DNA of 62,600 nt from an uncultured Syntrophales bacterium (GCA_964454305.1 CAYVXX010000004.1:1-62600), one strand, 5' to 3'. Counted from the first letter of the stretch, positions 35,824 through 46,104 are shown. The notes: generated by a model not told the origin, from the letters alone. A program made the numbers and translations.

Positions 35824-37610
35824 TGAGCAGCGTTAACGAAGAAAAAAGAACAACTATACTTAAAGGCATCGGCGTATCTCCAGGTATAGCCATCGGAAAG
35901 GCCTGTGTGCTTGATCGCCTGGATGAAAGGAAGGTGTCCCGTTATAGATTAGATGACAGCAGGTTAGTTGCCAAAGAAACAAGAAGATTCAGGAAGGCCT
36001 TGAAGGAATCGGAAAAACAGCTTTTAGAAATCAAGAAAAAACTTGGCGATTATAAGGGAATAGAGTCATTTTATATTATTGATGTACATATCATGATTCT
36101 CAAGGATCGGATGTTGATTAAAGATACGATACGGAACATAAAAGATAAGTGTATCAATTCAGAGTGGGCACTCAGAATGACTATCGATAAGTATAGAGAA
36201 ATATTTAACATGGTGGAAGATGACTATCTCAGGGAGAGAATTAGTGATGTAGAGTATGTAGGACAGAGAATTTTGACAAACCTTGCAGGAAAAAAGCATG
36301 AAGTGATTTCCAATATTGGTGAAGATGTTGTGATTGTTGCGAGAGACCTTTCTCCGACCGATATAGCCCAGATGAAAGTCGAAAAAGTTTTGGGTTTTGC
36401 TACGGATGTCGGGGGCAAGACGTCCCATACGGCCATTGTGGCAAAGTCAATCGAAATCCCTGCGGTGGTTGGATTAGAAAAGGTTGTCAGTGAGGTTAGG
36501 AACGATGATGAGATTATTATTGATGGTATTTCCGGCTTCGTAATTATCAATCCGGATCCTGACATATTAAGACGATACCAAGACAAAAAGAAGCATTACC
36601 AGGTTATTGAAGAAAGCCTCCTTCAATATGCAGCTCTTCCTGCTCTGACGAAGGATAATTATAGGGTAGGAATAGGCGCAAATATTGAGTTTGTTGAAGA
36701 GATTCCATCGGCTGTTGCTCATGGAGCAGAGGAGGTTGGTTTGTTCAGGACTGAATACATTTATATTAATAAAAAACAGCTCCCTACTGAAGAGGAACAT
36801 TTCCTCAGTTACAAAAGTGTAATAGAGGGCAAGGGTATTAAAGAGTCAACCATCAGAACATTCGATCTCGGAGGTGATAAATTCTTTTCCGATTCCAAAT
36901 TGGTCATGGAGACAAACCCGCAGATGGGATTAAGGGCTATAAGGTTTTGTCTCAGGGAAGTCGAATTGTTTAAAATACAGTTGCGGGCTATTTTGCGTGC
37001 AAGTGCCTATGGTAAGACAAGAGTCATGTTCCCCATGATTTCAGGTGTAGGAGAGTTTCGGGATGCTAAGAAAATTTTTAACGGAGTGAAGGATGATCTT
37101 TTGGCAGAGGGAATTCCGTTTGCTAAGGGCATTGAGCTCGGTATAATGATAGAGATTCCGTCTGCTGCCATGGTTGTTGATGAATTGGCAAGAGAGGCGG
37201 ATTTCTTCAGCATCGGCACAAACGATCTCATTCAGTATGTTCTGGCAATTGACAGGGGTAATGAGCGGGTTTCTTATTTGTATGAACCTCTTCATCCCGC
37301 CGTGTTGAAGTTGATAAAACATATTGTTGATGCAGGGCATAAAGCCGGAATAAAGGTTGCCATGTGCGGGGAGATGGCAGGAGAGACTGCTTATACGATG
37401 ATTCTTCTCGGTCTTCAACTGGACGAGTTGAGCATGAATCCCCTGGCAATACCGCATGTAAAGAAGATCATACGCGAATCCAGTTTGTGGGAAGCCAAAG
37501 AGCTTTTAAAGAAAGTAATGACTTTTTCCACGGCGGCTGAAACTGAGGAGTTTGTGAGAAACTATATGACTCAACGATTTCCGGAAGATTTTCCGATAAA
37601 CGAACAGTGA
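35823..37610 (+). CDS. ptsI: Phosphoenolpyruvate--protein phosphotransferase (Enzyme I)
   Basis: GGKTSHTAIVAKS phospho-His motif and C-terminal PEP-utilising domain. The ATG overlaps the ptsH stop (TGATG). Confidence 0.95.
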   Translation: MSSVNEEKRTTILKGIGVSPGIAIGKACVLDRLDERKVSRYRLDDSRLVAKETRRFRKALKESEKQLLEIKKKLGDYKGIESFYIIDVHIMILKDRMLIKDTIRNIKDKCINSEWALRMTIDKYREIFNMVEDDYLRERISDVEYVGQRILTNLAGKKHEVISNIGEDVVIVARDLSPTDIAQMKVEKVLGFATDVGGKTSHTAIVAKSIEIPAVVGLEKVVSEVRNDDEIIIDGISGFVIINPDPDILRRYQDKKKHYQVIEESLLQYAALPALTKDNYRVGIGANIEFVEEIPSAVAHGAEEVGLFRTEYIYINKKQLPTEEEHFLSYKSVIEGKGIKESTIRTFDLGGDKFFSDSKLVMETNPQMGLRAIRFCLREVELFKIQLRAILRASAYGKTRVMFPMISGVGEFRDAKKIFNGVKDDLLAEGIPFAKGIELGIMIEIPSAAMVVDELAREADFFSIGTNDLIQYVLAIDRGNERVSYLYEPLHPAVLKLIKHIVDAGHKAGIKVAMCGEMAGETAYTMILLGLQLDELSMNPLAIPHVKKIIRESSLWEAKELLKKVMTFSTAAETEEFVRNYMTQRFPEDFPINEQ

Positions 37611-37681
37611 CATTAAGCAGGAAATAAGAAGCAGATTGATCAGACAAGGGCAGTAGTTCCTCAGTTTGTCCATAGGAATCC

Positions 37682-40273
37682 ATGTCAATCAAGTCAAAAA
37701 TCAAATCATGGACCACCGAAATCGGGGAATATTACTGTGGATCTCTGAACGAGCAAAACAGATTTTCATTGTTCGGATTATTCAGGGGAAGGCTATGCGG
37801 AGTAAAGTTAGCTGAAGAGCATGTTGAAGAGCTAAAGGATCTTTCAAAGAAGGGAATTACGGTTTACGTCCTTAAGAACAGGAGCCAGCTAAACTGCCTG
37901 ATCCTCCGGGAACTTTCATTCAGAAAAGGTATTCAAAGACCCGTCTATTGTCATGGAATTAACATGATCATATGGCAGCCTTTATCTTTGGTTGCCAGGG
38001 TTTTTCTTGCCCATTTTTTTCATTTCATCTTCAAAGGCACTATCCTTAATCCAGATAAAACAGAATATTTAAAACGTGTAACGGCAGATAAAAACAGCTC
38101 TATCATATATCTTCGTGATTCGGGATTTATAGGCAGCAGATATGGAAGTCCTATTGTCCAGCTGATAAGTGCACAAAAGGATCTGGATGTTCCAATCTAT
38201 CTGGTACCGGAACTGGTTGCATACGGCAGAAGAAGGGAAAAAAAGTATAAAACACTGATAAATATATTATTTGGGCAAAAAGAAAATCCTTGTGCGTTGA
38301 GAAGATTGATAACTTTCCTGAGAAACTCTAAAAAGGCGTCTGTAATATCTGCCAGACCGATCAATTTAGCTGAGTTTATCAAGGAAAACAGAGGGCTTTC
38401 CATGGAAAATGTTTCCTATCGCTTGAGGAGGGAGCTTATTGAAAGAATCGATGAGGAAAAAAGAGCGATTGTAGGGCCGGTTTTGAAATCCAGGGAAGAA
38501 ATTATCGGAATGGTTCTGAGGGACAATGAACTTGTCGGGTTCATGAAAGATGTGGCGGCAGAAAAGAAGAAAGATTATAGCAGGGTTGTTAAGGAGGCAG
38601 AGAAGCACCTACGTGAAATAGCAGCTGATTACAATGAAGCTTACATAGAGATTTGGTATAAAGTACTGACCTGGCTGTGGAACAATATATATGACGGTAT
38701 TGTTGTTGACAGGAAAGAACTTGTAAAAATAAGAGATGTTTCGAGGAAGATGCCTTTTATTATAATCCCCTGTCATCGGAGTCATATGGATTATCTCCTT
38801 TTGTCTTATATCTTTTACAAGCATAATATCCAGATGCCATTTATTGCCGCTGGAACTAATATGATGTTTGGGCCTTTCGGTCATATTTTAAGGAAATCCG
38901 GTGCCTTTTTTATGCGGAGAAGTTTCAAAGGAAACCCTTTTTACGGAGAAATCTTTGCTAAGTATTTGAAAGTACTGTTGAAAGAGGGACTTCCCCTCGA
39001 GTTTTTTATAGAGGGTGGGAGAAGCCGGACAGGCAAGATGGTTATGCCAAAGTACGGTTTGCTCTCTATGATAATCCAGGCCTATAAAGAAGGTGCCTGT
39101 GATGATCTGGCCATAATTCCTGTATTTATAGGATATGACAGGGTTTTGGAAGAGAAATCATATATGGCAGAACTGGGTGGTGCCCCTAAAGAAAAAGAAA
39201 AAATGTCGACAATCATCAAAGGCAGAAAGTTTCTCAAAAAACGCCACGGCAGGGTCTATATTAATATTGCTGAGCCTATATTGCTCAAGTCTTATCTTGC
39301 TTCTCATGAAAAATCTTTTGATGACATGTCTGTTTACGAGAGACAGAGTTTATACAGAAAGATAGGATATGATATTGTCAGTGAAATAAGTGAAGTGTCT
39401 GTGGTAACGCCTTTTTCTCTTATTGCCTTAGGACTTCTCAGTCATTACAAAAGGGGCATATCCCACGATGACTTGATGGGTATAGTAAACGAACTTTATG
39501 ACTATCTCGTCTTTAGAAACGTAAGCTTTTCTTTTGCCAACAGGAAGAAAGCTGTTGAGGATGCCCTCAACTTATTCGAATCATCCGGACTCATATCAAA
39601 GATGGGAGCAGAAGCAGATGAGGAAGAAGAATTTAGAGAAATTGTCTATTCACTTGTGGATGACAAGAGATTGAACCTGGAGTATTACAAAAATAATATC
39701 CTCCATTTTTTTCTTTCCCTCTCCTTTGTTGCCACCTCCATTCTGTCAAGCAGTGAGGATACTATACCTCTTTATCAAATCATGGAAGATTACAAGTTTT
39801 TTAAAGGAATTTTCCATCATGAGTTTGTTTTTGATTACAGGAAGGATGATGTTGATGAGGTCAACAGCATTTTATCATATATCCATGATAGGGGCATGAT
39901 TGTTGGTGAGGAACGGGGCAATGAGGCGTGGATCGAAGTAAAAGGGAAGGGAAGAACAAACTTGAGGCCTTTTGCCGGCCTTATACACAATTATATCGAA
40001 TCTTACTGGGTAGTAATCAGAGGGTGTTCCTATCTCAAAAAAGGGGGGAAATCGGGCAAGGATTTAATCAAAGAGATTCAGAGATTGGGAGTAAGAATGC
40101 ATAAAAAAGGAGAGGTATTAAGAGCGGAAGCCCTTTCTAAATCAAACTATCAAAATGCCATAGAATTTCTCATAGATGTAGAAACATTGTTCAAAGATGG
40201 GGAAACATATTGTCTTGCCCAAGAGAAAGCTCAGCTTGAGCTGCTTCGCCAAAGATTGTTCAAATACCTGTAA
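37682..40273 (+). CDS. plsB: Glycerol-3-phosphate acyltransferase, PlsB-like
   Basis: 863 aa. Acyltransferase HxxxxD motif (PCHRSHMDYLLL) and FIEGGRSRTGK block. Confidence 0.8.
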   Translation: MSIKSKIKSWTTEIGEYYCGSLNEQNRFSLFGLFRGRLCGVKLAEEHVEELKDLSKKGITVYVLKNRSQLNCLILRELSFRKGIQRPVYCHGINMIIWQPLSLVARVFLAHFFHFIFKGTILNPDKTEYLKRVTADKNSSIIYLRDSGFIGSRYGSPIVQLISAQKDLDVPIYLVPELVAYGRRREKKYKTLINILFGQKENPCALRRLITFLRNSKKASVISARPINLAEFIKENRGLSMENVSYRLRRELIERIDEEKRAIVGPVLKSREEIIGMVLRDNELVGFMKDVAAEKKKDYSRVVKEAEKHLREIAADYNEAYIEIWYKVLTWLWNNIYDGIVVDRKELVKIRDVSRKMPFIIIPCHRSHMDYLLLSYIFYKHNIQMPFIAAGTNMMFGPFGHILRKSGAFFMRRSFKGNPFYGEIFAKYLKVLLKEGLPLEFFIEGGRSRTGKMVMPKYGLLSMIIQAYKEGACDDLAIIPVFIGYDRVLEEKSYMAELGGAPKEKEKMSTIIKGRKFLKKRHGRVYINIAEPILLKSYLASHEKSFDDMSVYERQSLYRKIGYDIVSEISEVSVVTPFSLIALGLLSHYKRGISHDDLMGIVNELYDYLVFRNVSFSFANRKKAVEDALNLFESSGLISKMGAEADEEEEFREIVYSLVDDKRLNLEYYKNNILHFFLSLSFVATSILSSSEDTIPLYQIMEDYKFFKGIFHHEFVFDYRKDDVDEVNSILSYIHDRGMIVGEERGNEAWIEVKGKGRTNLRPFAGLIHNYIESYWVVIRGCSYLKKGGKSGKDLIKEIQRLGVRMHKKGEVLRAEALSKSNYQNAIEFLIDVETLFKDGETYCLAQEKAQLELLRQRLFKYL

Positions 40274-40299
40274 ATTTATCTTTTACGAAATTATTAAAA

Positions 40300-41628
40300 T
40301 CAATCGTCTGAAAGCAGGGAGAGATGCTGCCATTTCGCGGGATCCCGCCTCTCATTTGAAATGCCTTCAATATTCGATATTATTGTTCTCAGTTTTTGTT
40401 CCAGTACTTCATAGGAGAAAAAGCGGGATGCAAGCGTATAATTATTATTTACCAGCCTTCTCCTTTCTTCCGGGTGTTTTAATATGTGCTTTATTTTTTT
40501 GATAACCTCATCGGTTACATATCCGTCCATACTGACAACATGAAACCCTATCGGCTCAATATCCTGATTGAAAATCGAGTATCTGTTAACGAGGATCGGT
40601 TTTTTAAAGAAAATCGCTTCAAGGAATGCATTCCCAAACCCTTCGTACAGTGAAGGGTAGGTGACAAAATCTGCATGGGGATACATATCCCAGATAGTAT
40701 ATATTTTCTTTCCATCCGTAGTTATCCTTCTCTTGCTTTCGATAATCTCAGGTTTGATAATCAGGGGTACATTCAGAAGCTTTGCATAACTGATTATTCT
40801 TTCGTGGTATTCATCGCCTTCGTCGCCTGCAGAATGGGTGATCACAAGTTTGACTTTTGGGTCATTCATCCTGTTGACGACCTCAATGGAATGTTCGATT
40901 CCTTTTCTTGCGACTATTCGTGTGGGTTGCAAGAAAAAGAGATCGTCTTCTTCCAGTCCCAAGTCTTTTCTTACGTCTTTATTGAAGTCATCAATAAATG
41001 GTGCGCTTGCCGAGTATTGAAAAACATTAGGAATAATGTAAGGAGATATTCCGGTGCGGTAGCTCAAGTTACTGTCGGCCTGTGAATTGATCACCGCGTG
41101 ATGTATTGACGGAAGATTGGGAGGGAAGGCCATCGAAAGAAAGTCCTGAACGCAATTGACCATGAACCGTTCCCTTTCCCAATAAAAATCATGGTGATGA
41201 GCTATAGTGGGAATGCCCATTTCGGCTATCAATTCGGTGATGGCCAGTCCTAAGGGGATATTCATCGGAATGGTGAGGGCATTTTCAGCAATGAGCATGT
41301 CAATTGAAAATTTTTCGATGAAGCTGTATAAATCATTTTTTAGTTTTTTTCTCAAGCAGTGTATTTGATCGGTGATCTGTGATGTCCTTGTGGGAATGCC
41401 GAAACATTTTTCCTGAATTCTTCGTATATCAGGATGGTCAAAGAATGCCTCTGGTACTATCATGGTCCTTTCCGGTTGAGAATCGGATATTCCCACAAAG
41501 AAATAACAATTGTAACCCATTGTCGTTAATACATGCATCCACTTCTTAGTTTCAAGAGTTACTCCATCTGTGCCCTTAAACCTTGTTAGAACAAATCCTA
41601 TGTTTTTAATTGTGGTGAATGTAATCAT
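40300..41628 (-). CDS. Glycosyltransferase (GT-B fold, family 4-like)
   Basis: 442 aa. C-terminal EGFGNAFLEA motif, typical of GT1/GT4-type enzymes. Confidence 0.75.
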   Translation of the reverse strand: MITFTTIKNIGFVLTRFKGTDGVTLETKKWMHVLTTMGYNCYFFVGISDSQPERTMIVPEAFFDHPDIRRIQEKCFGIPTRTSQITDQIHCLRKKLKNDLYSFIEKFSIDMLIAENALTIPMNIPLGLAITELIAEMGIPTIAHHHDFYWERERFMVNCVQDFLSMAFPPNLPSIHHAVINSQADSNLSYRTGISPYIIPNVFQYSASAPFIDDFNKDVRKDLGLEEDDLFFLQPTRIVARKGIEHSIEVVNRMNDPKVKLVITHSAGDEGDEYHERIISYAKLLNVPLIIKPEIIESKRRITTDGKKIYTIWDMYPHADFVTYPSLYEGFGNAFLEAIFFKKPILVNRYSIFNQDIEPIGFHVVSMDGYVTDEVIKKIKHILKHPEERRRLVNNNYTLASRFFSYEVLEQKLRTIISNIEGISNERRDPAKWQHLSLLSDD

Positions 41629-41735
41629 CTATACCTCCTGAAAATAAATTACGAGCGTGTTTTCCGCGACTTGCTGTGCGGACTTGATCTTACCGAGGAA
41701 CACACTTAGCAAGCTCCGACTTTCGACGAAGAGCT

Positions 41736-42521
41736 TCACGTTGAGATGCCTACTTCAATCTGTAATAGATCTTCTGCCAGAATGAGATGTCCTTGATAGG
41801 TTTTACGGCATTCGGCTTCAACGTCAACCATATCACATTCGGGATAAAAATGCGTGAGAACAAGCCGCTTAGCGTTAGCCTGAGCGGCAATTTCACCTGC
41901 CAGCGAAGGTGTAAGGTGTCCTGGAACCTTCATACCCTCGGGAAGAGAAGCTTCACATATTAAAAGGTCAGCATTTCTGGCAAGTGTAACAACATTGTCA
42001 CAAAGATCGATATCTCCGGTATAGACTACAGATGTTCCTTCCGGTGTTGTAATTCGAAAGCCGATGCTGCTCTCTATATGCTCCATCGGCATTGTTTCAA
42101 CATCGAAAAGTTTGAGTGAAAGGCCATCAGGTGCAGTATTGTCAAATTCTATTAAGTTTAACAGGTTGCCTTCTAATTCAATCCAGTGTCCGTATACTTT
42201 CTTCAACCCATCATAAAAGCTCTTAAGACCTACGGCACCGGCTACCGTGAAAGGTGTTCGTCTGCGATATGTTTCGGGATATTTGGTAGCAAAGAGAAAT
42301 GGGACAAATTCACCAGTATGATCGGGATGAAGATGGCTAAAGAAAAGGTATGATATCTGTGATATCGTTGTGCCGGCCTCCAGTAATCGTCTCATGGTAC
42401 CAGCCCCCAAGTCAAATAAAAGCTTTGTATCATTTATATCCATAAGGATGGAACAGGAACTCCTCCTTAAAGAAGGGACGCATGTTCCTGAGCCGAGTAT
42501 GGTTACTTTCACGGTGCCCAT
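41736..42521 (-). CDS. MBL-fold metallo-hydrolase
   Basis: 261 aa. HLHPDHTG metal-binding motif. Confidence 0.8.
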   Translation of the reverse strand: MGTVKVTILGSGTCVPSLRRSSCSILMDINDTKLLFDLGAGTMRRLLEAGTTISQISYLFFSHLHPDHTGEFVPFLFATKYPETYRRRTPFTVAGAVGLKSFYDGLKKVYGHWIELEGNLLNLIEFDNTAPDGLSLKLFDVETMPMEHIESSIGFRITTPEGTSVVYTGDIDLCDNVVTLARNADLLICEASLPEGMKVPGHLTPSLAGEIAAQANAKRLVLTHFYPECDMVDVEAECRKTYQGHLILAEDLLQIEVGIST

Positions 42522-42528
42522 TATCTTC

Positions 42529-42927
42529 TCATTTTGTTGAAAACAGTCTTATAAGAACCTTTCTTGTCCTGGGACCATCAAATTCACAGAAGAATATAGA
42601 TTGCCATGTACCGAGTATAAGCTTGCCATCTTCTATGAATACCGTTTCGGAAGCCCCAATCAGGGAGGACTTGATGTGGGCGGCAGAGTTTCCCTCAATA
42701 TGACTGTAGTTGTCATTGGGCGGTATAATCTTATTCAGCTCCATTATGATATCCCTTGGCACGTTAGGATCGGCATTTTCGTTTATTGTAATAGCTGCAG
42801 TAGTATGGGGTGTAAAAATATGACAGATGCCGCTTTTAATCTGCCTTTCACTCACCATCTTCCTGACCTGATGGGTAATATCGATCATTTCAAACTTTGA
42901 CCCGGTCTTCACAGTTATCTTTTTCAT
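42529..42927 (-). CDS. YjbQ-family protein (UPF0047, secondary thiamine-phosphate synthase)
   Basis: 132 aa. HTTAAITINENADP and GNSAAHIKSSL motifs. Confidence 0.88.
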   Translation of the reverse strand: MKKITVKTGSKFEMIDITHQVRKMVSERQIKSGICHIFTPHTTAAITINENADPNVPRDIIMELNKIIPPNDNYSHIEGNSAAHIKSSLIGASETVFIEDGKLILGTWQSIFFCEFDGPRTRKVLIRLFSTK

Positions 42928-42937
42928 GAATTGCCCT

Positions 42938-43021
42938 TTGAACTGAACAGCGAGCGAATAAAATCAACAAATTTCATTAACAGTCGGAGATTCCACGCAG
43001 CTTGCTGCGGGGAGCTTCAAT
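42938..43021 (+). repeat. Family-A element, short form (A3)
   Basis: TTGAACTGAACAGCGAGCG...CAGTCGGAGATT-CCACGCAGCTTGCTGCGGGG-AGCTTCAAT. Confidence 0.65.
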
Positions 43022-43260
43022 CTTTTTGTTAATTAATAATCGGTTTTACTTAAAAAAAACTTAATTATACTTTGATATTTTTCTGAATAGGACAATACTA
43101 TATGTATCTTGTCAAGCCAAAATGCACATAGTTTGTGAAATACAAGATTTTTCCTTAAACTCACTGTTTTATTGGGGGATGAGCTTAAGGGAGAACTTTT
43201 GACAAACACTGGTTTTTATGGTACCAAATTGATGGAATCATATATGAGGAGGTAGAAAAA

Positions 43261-43935
43261 ATGTTTCCCAAATCCTTATTTTCAATGGTATTTTTTAGTA
43301 TGCTGCTTACGGCTTCCGCTTTTGCTGAAACCATGTTTGTTACTGATTCATTTAAGATCACCTTACGGACAGGTCCGTCTAATGAAAATAAAGTTATTGC
43401 CATGCTAAAGTCGAATCAGGAGCTTGAAATACTCGAAAAAGGGGATGATTGGGTTCGTGTTCGGCTGAAAAATGGGAAAGAAGGTTATGTCCTGAGGCGT
43501 TTCTTGACCTCAGAAGCACCAAAATTTTCTGTAATTGTTGGGCTTGAGGAGAAGGTTGAAGAGTTAAAGGATGAAATTAATAGTCTTGGAGAAAGTAAAA
43601 AACAGCTGGAAAAATCAAATTTGGAACTAAAATCTAATCTATTGTCCCAGGAAAAAGAGTTGACAGCGGTAAAAAGAAATTATGAGAAATTAAGATCAGG
43701 GGCAGTCGATTATATTGAGGTAAAAGAGCTGAAAGACAATTTGGAAAACAGAAATAAAAACCTTGAAAGTCGGGTGAACAACCTTCTGAAAGAAAACAGG
43801 CAGCTCAATAAACAGACAAATAAACTCTGGTTTGTTAGTGGAGCCGGTGTTTTGCTTCTGGGGTGGATTTTAGGTCTGGTTATGGGTCGGGCTCAGATAA
43901 GTCGTAGACGGAACTTTATCAAGGTTGATCTGTAA
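43261..43935 (+). CDS. SH3 domain / coiled-coil / C-terminal TM protein (YgiM-like)
   Basis: Signal peptide, bacterial SH3 (GKEGYVLRRFL), long coiled coil, C-terminal TM segment. Confidence 0.78.
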   Translation: MFPKSLFSMVFFSMLLTASAFAETMFVTDSFKITLRTGPSNENKVIAMLKSNQELEILEKGDDWVRVRLKNGKEGYVLRRFLTSEAPKFSVIVGLEEKVEELKDEINSLGESKKQLEKSNLELKSNLLSQEKELTAVKRNYEKLRSGAVDYIEVKELKDNLENRNKNLESRVNNLLKENRQLNKQTNKLWFVSGAGVLLLGWILGLVMGRAQISRRRNFIKVDL

Positions 43936-43950
43936 TCGAAGATTTCTCTA

Positions 43951-44074
43951 ATTGAATCTCCCCGCCGCAAGCAGCAGGGAATGAAGTAATTGAAGTTCCC
44001 CCGCAACAAGTTACGGGGGAGCTCCGACTGTTAAGGAAAATATTTATTTTTTATTCGCTCACTGTTCAGTTCAA
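43951..44074 (-). repeat. Family-A element, inverted copy with two tandem 3' hairpin modules (A5)
   Basis: The reverse complement reads TTGAACTGAACAGTGAGCG...GGAGCT-CCCCCGTAACTTGTTGCGGGGG-AACTTCAAT-TACTTCATT-CCCTGCTGCTTGCGGCGGGG-AGATTCAAT. Confidence 0.65.
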
Positions 44075-45256
44075 TTTCTCCTTAAGCTTCATGATTCTCA
44101 TGTATGATTCATTGATCCGTTCTGGACTGATTTCACCACGGGACAACAATTTTTTTATTATTGCAAGGGCGCGTGTTGAGATATCCTCTTCAAAGACCGA
44201 ATTATTGGCAAAAAGCAGGATGTCGACACCGGAAGAGATTGCCATTTTTATAGCAGTTTCAAGGCCGTAAAATGACCTGATTGCCTTCATCTGCATATCG
44301 TCAGAGATGACAATACCTCTATATTTAAGATCATTACGGAGTATCCCCTTGACAGTTCTGGATGAGAGGGTAGCTGGCCACTCTGGATCGATTTTTCCAT
44401 TAAAAATGTGGGCTGTCATTATCATATCGCATTTCCCGGATTTTATAATAACCTCAAAAGGTTTGAGTTCATTTGGAGACCAGCTGTTCGTTACATCTAC
44501 GAAGCCTTTATGGGAATCGTTCAATGAACTGCCATGTCCAGGGAAATGTTTTATTGCTGAGAGCACTCCAAAATCGTGTAAGGCATCGATGAATATAAGC
44601 GAATGTTTAACCACAATATCCGGATCAGCGGAAAAGCTCCGTTCTAACTTTCCGATTATGGGATTATCTGGATTTATATTGAGATCAACTACTGGTGCGA
44701 AATTAAGGTTAATTCCAAGATTAGCAAGAGTTTTTGCTGTTATTTTTGCGAACCTTTCTGTTGTGCTGGGGTTGTCAATTGATCCGAGATATTGTTCCGA
44801 TACGGAGGGAGGGAATCCGAACTTTTCTTTCAACCTATTAACCTTTCCGCCTTCCTGATCAATCGCAATAAAAAGGGGAATTAAAGAAGCTTTTTGCAGA
44901 GCAGTAGTTAAGGCTTTGACCTGTTTTGGGGACTTTATATTTCTGATAGGTGATTTTAATGGGACGTCGTAATCAAAGAGGATGACACCGCCTATATTTC
45001 TCTTTTTGATGTCCTGAATTACTGGACTTTGATTGTCTGCTGCAAGTCCCCGGAACCCGACCATTAACATCTGGCCTATTTGTATGTCGAGATTTTTATT
45101 TGAAGGTTCTGCAAGTTCCCCGCTCACTGAAGGCGGCGGCATGAAATGTATTAGCAGGATAAGTATCCAGAAAACCAACAAGAATAGACAAAGGTCATGC
45201 TTTACGTTGATCTTTGTTTTTACCCTTTTTTTCGTAGAAATTCCGGTTTTACGCAT
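44066..45256 (-). CDS. Glycoside hydrolase family 3 (NagZ-like beta-N-acetylhexosaminidase), membrane-anchored or exported
   Basis: KHFPGHG motif and GH3 N-terminal domain, plus an N-terminal TM segment. Confidence 0.85.
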   Translation of the reverse strand: MRKTGISTKKRVKTKINVKHDLCLFLLVFWILILLIHFMPPPSVSGELAEPSNKNLDIQIGQMLMVGFRGLAADNQSPVIQDIKKRNIGGVILFDYDVPLKSPIRNIKSPKQVKALTTALQKASLIPLFIAIDQEGGKVNRLKEKFGFPPSVSEQYLGSIDNPSTTERFAKITAKTLANLGINLNFAPVVDLNINPDNPIIGKLERSFSADPDIVVKHSLIFIDALHDFGVLSAIKHFPGHGSSLNDSHKGFVDVTNSWSPNELKPFEVIIKSGKCDMIMTAHIFNGKIDPEWPATLSSRTVKGILRNDLKYRGIVISDDMQMKAIRSFYGLETAIKMAISSGVDILLFANNSVFEEDISTRALAIIKKLLSRGEISPERINESYMRIMKLKEKLN

Positions 45257-45759
45257 CGTATAGATATTCCAACTGGTATGCTTTTTCGTATTTTACGAAT
45301 TATGATGTCGTGTTAATATTACCTTCAAGAGATTCCTTAATAAAATCAGAATAACGAGATAATAGTATCTTGTCAATGAAGTATGCTCAAATCAATGATT
45401 TTATTATAAGTGCTTGTCTTTAACTCAGGATTTACAGCAACTACCTACCTGCTGAAGCTCAAAAATCCTTGCTGTACCGCTTGTTTAGTCCTCAACTGGG
45501 TTTAAGGTTTCGAGAGATTCTGAAAGTTCTGCTAAACTTGTTTCAGTATTGCTCAAACTGCACAGTTGACAGCGGTTTTTTGGTTTTTTATGGCCTATAT
45601 TGCCAAACATAAGTTTAACATACCATTAAAAGTCGTTTAACATTTCTTTAAATCCCCCACCTTTTTACTATAAATTTTCCTATAAACAGGTTCTTGCGAT
45701 TAGTAGAAATTACTTAAATATTATAGAGTTATAGGCCATTTAACAAAAAATGTTCAAGT

Positions 45760-45775
45760 TGGCACGATATTTTCA
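45760..45775 (+). promoter_or_regulatory. Possible sigma-54 promoter
   Basis: TGGCACGATATTTTCA compared with the consensus TGGCAC-N5-TTGCW. The -12 element has TTTC instead of TTGC. It lies 54 bp upstream of the 45829 start. Confidence 0.3.
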
Positions 45776-45828
45776 TTAATAGATAGACAAAGACAGAAAA
45801 CAGAAAACAAAAAAAGGAGACATAGGTT

Positions 45829-46104
45829 ATGAAAAAGACAATTTCTACGATGTTAATTGCGGGTTTTGTGGTGTTGACTACAGCTACGTTCGGATATGCC
45901 GAATATGTAGCAACCGGGACTAACAATTTTCCATATTTTCATCTGGGATGTTTGGTTGTTGGTGGTCTGATAATCATCTCGCTTAAACACAAATATGAGA
46001 AAATGTATCTGAGTGAGGCAATCGGTTCCTTTGCGCTCTATACTGTTCTTGTTGTTCTCTTTACCTCACCCGTAATAAATGTCCTCAGAACTGTTGTAGG
46101 CTAA
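45829..46104 (+). CDS. Small membrane protein, function unknown
   Basis: 91 aa. Signal peptide plus two hydrophobic segments. AAGGAGA RBS. Confidence 0.5.
   Translation: MKKTISTMLIAGFVVLTTATFGYAEYVATGTNNFPYFHLGCLVVGGLIIISLKHKYEKMYLSEAIGSFALYTVLVVLFTSPVINVLRTVVG

Noticed and set aside
40197-40502. A 101-aa plus-strand ORF at the plsB / glycosyltransferase junction
   Set aside because: It overlaps the 3' ends of both convergent genes, and it has no RBS and no motif.
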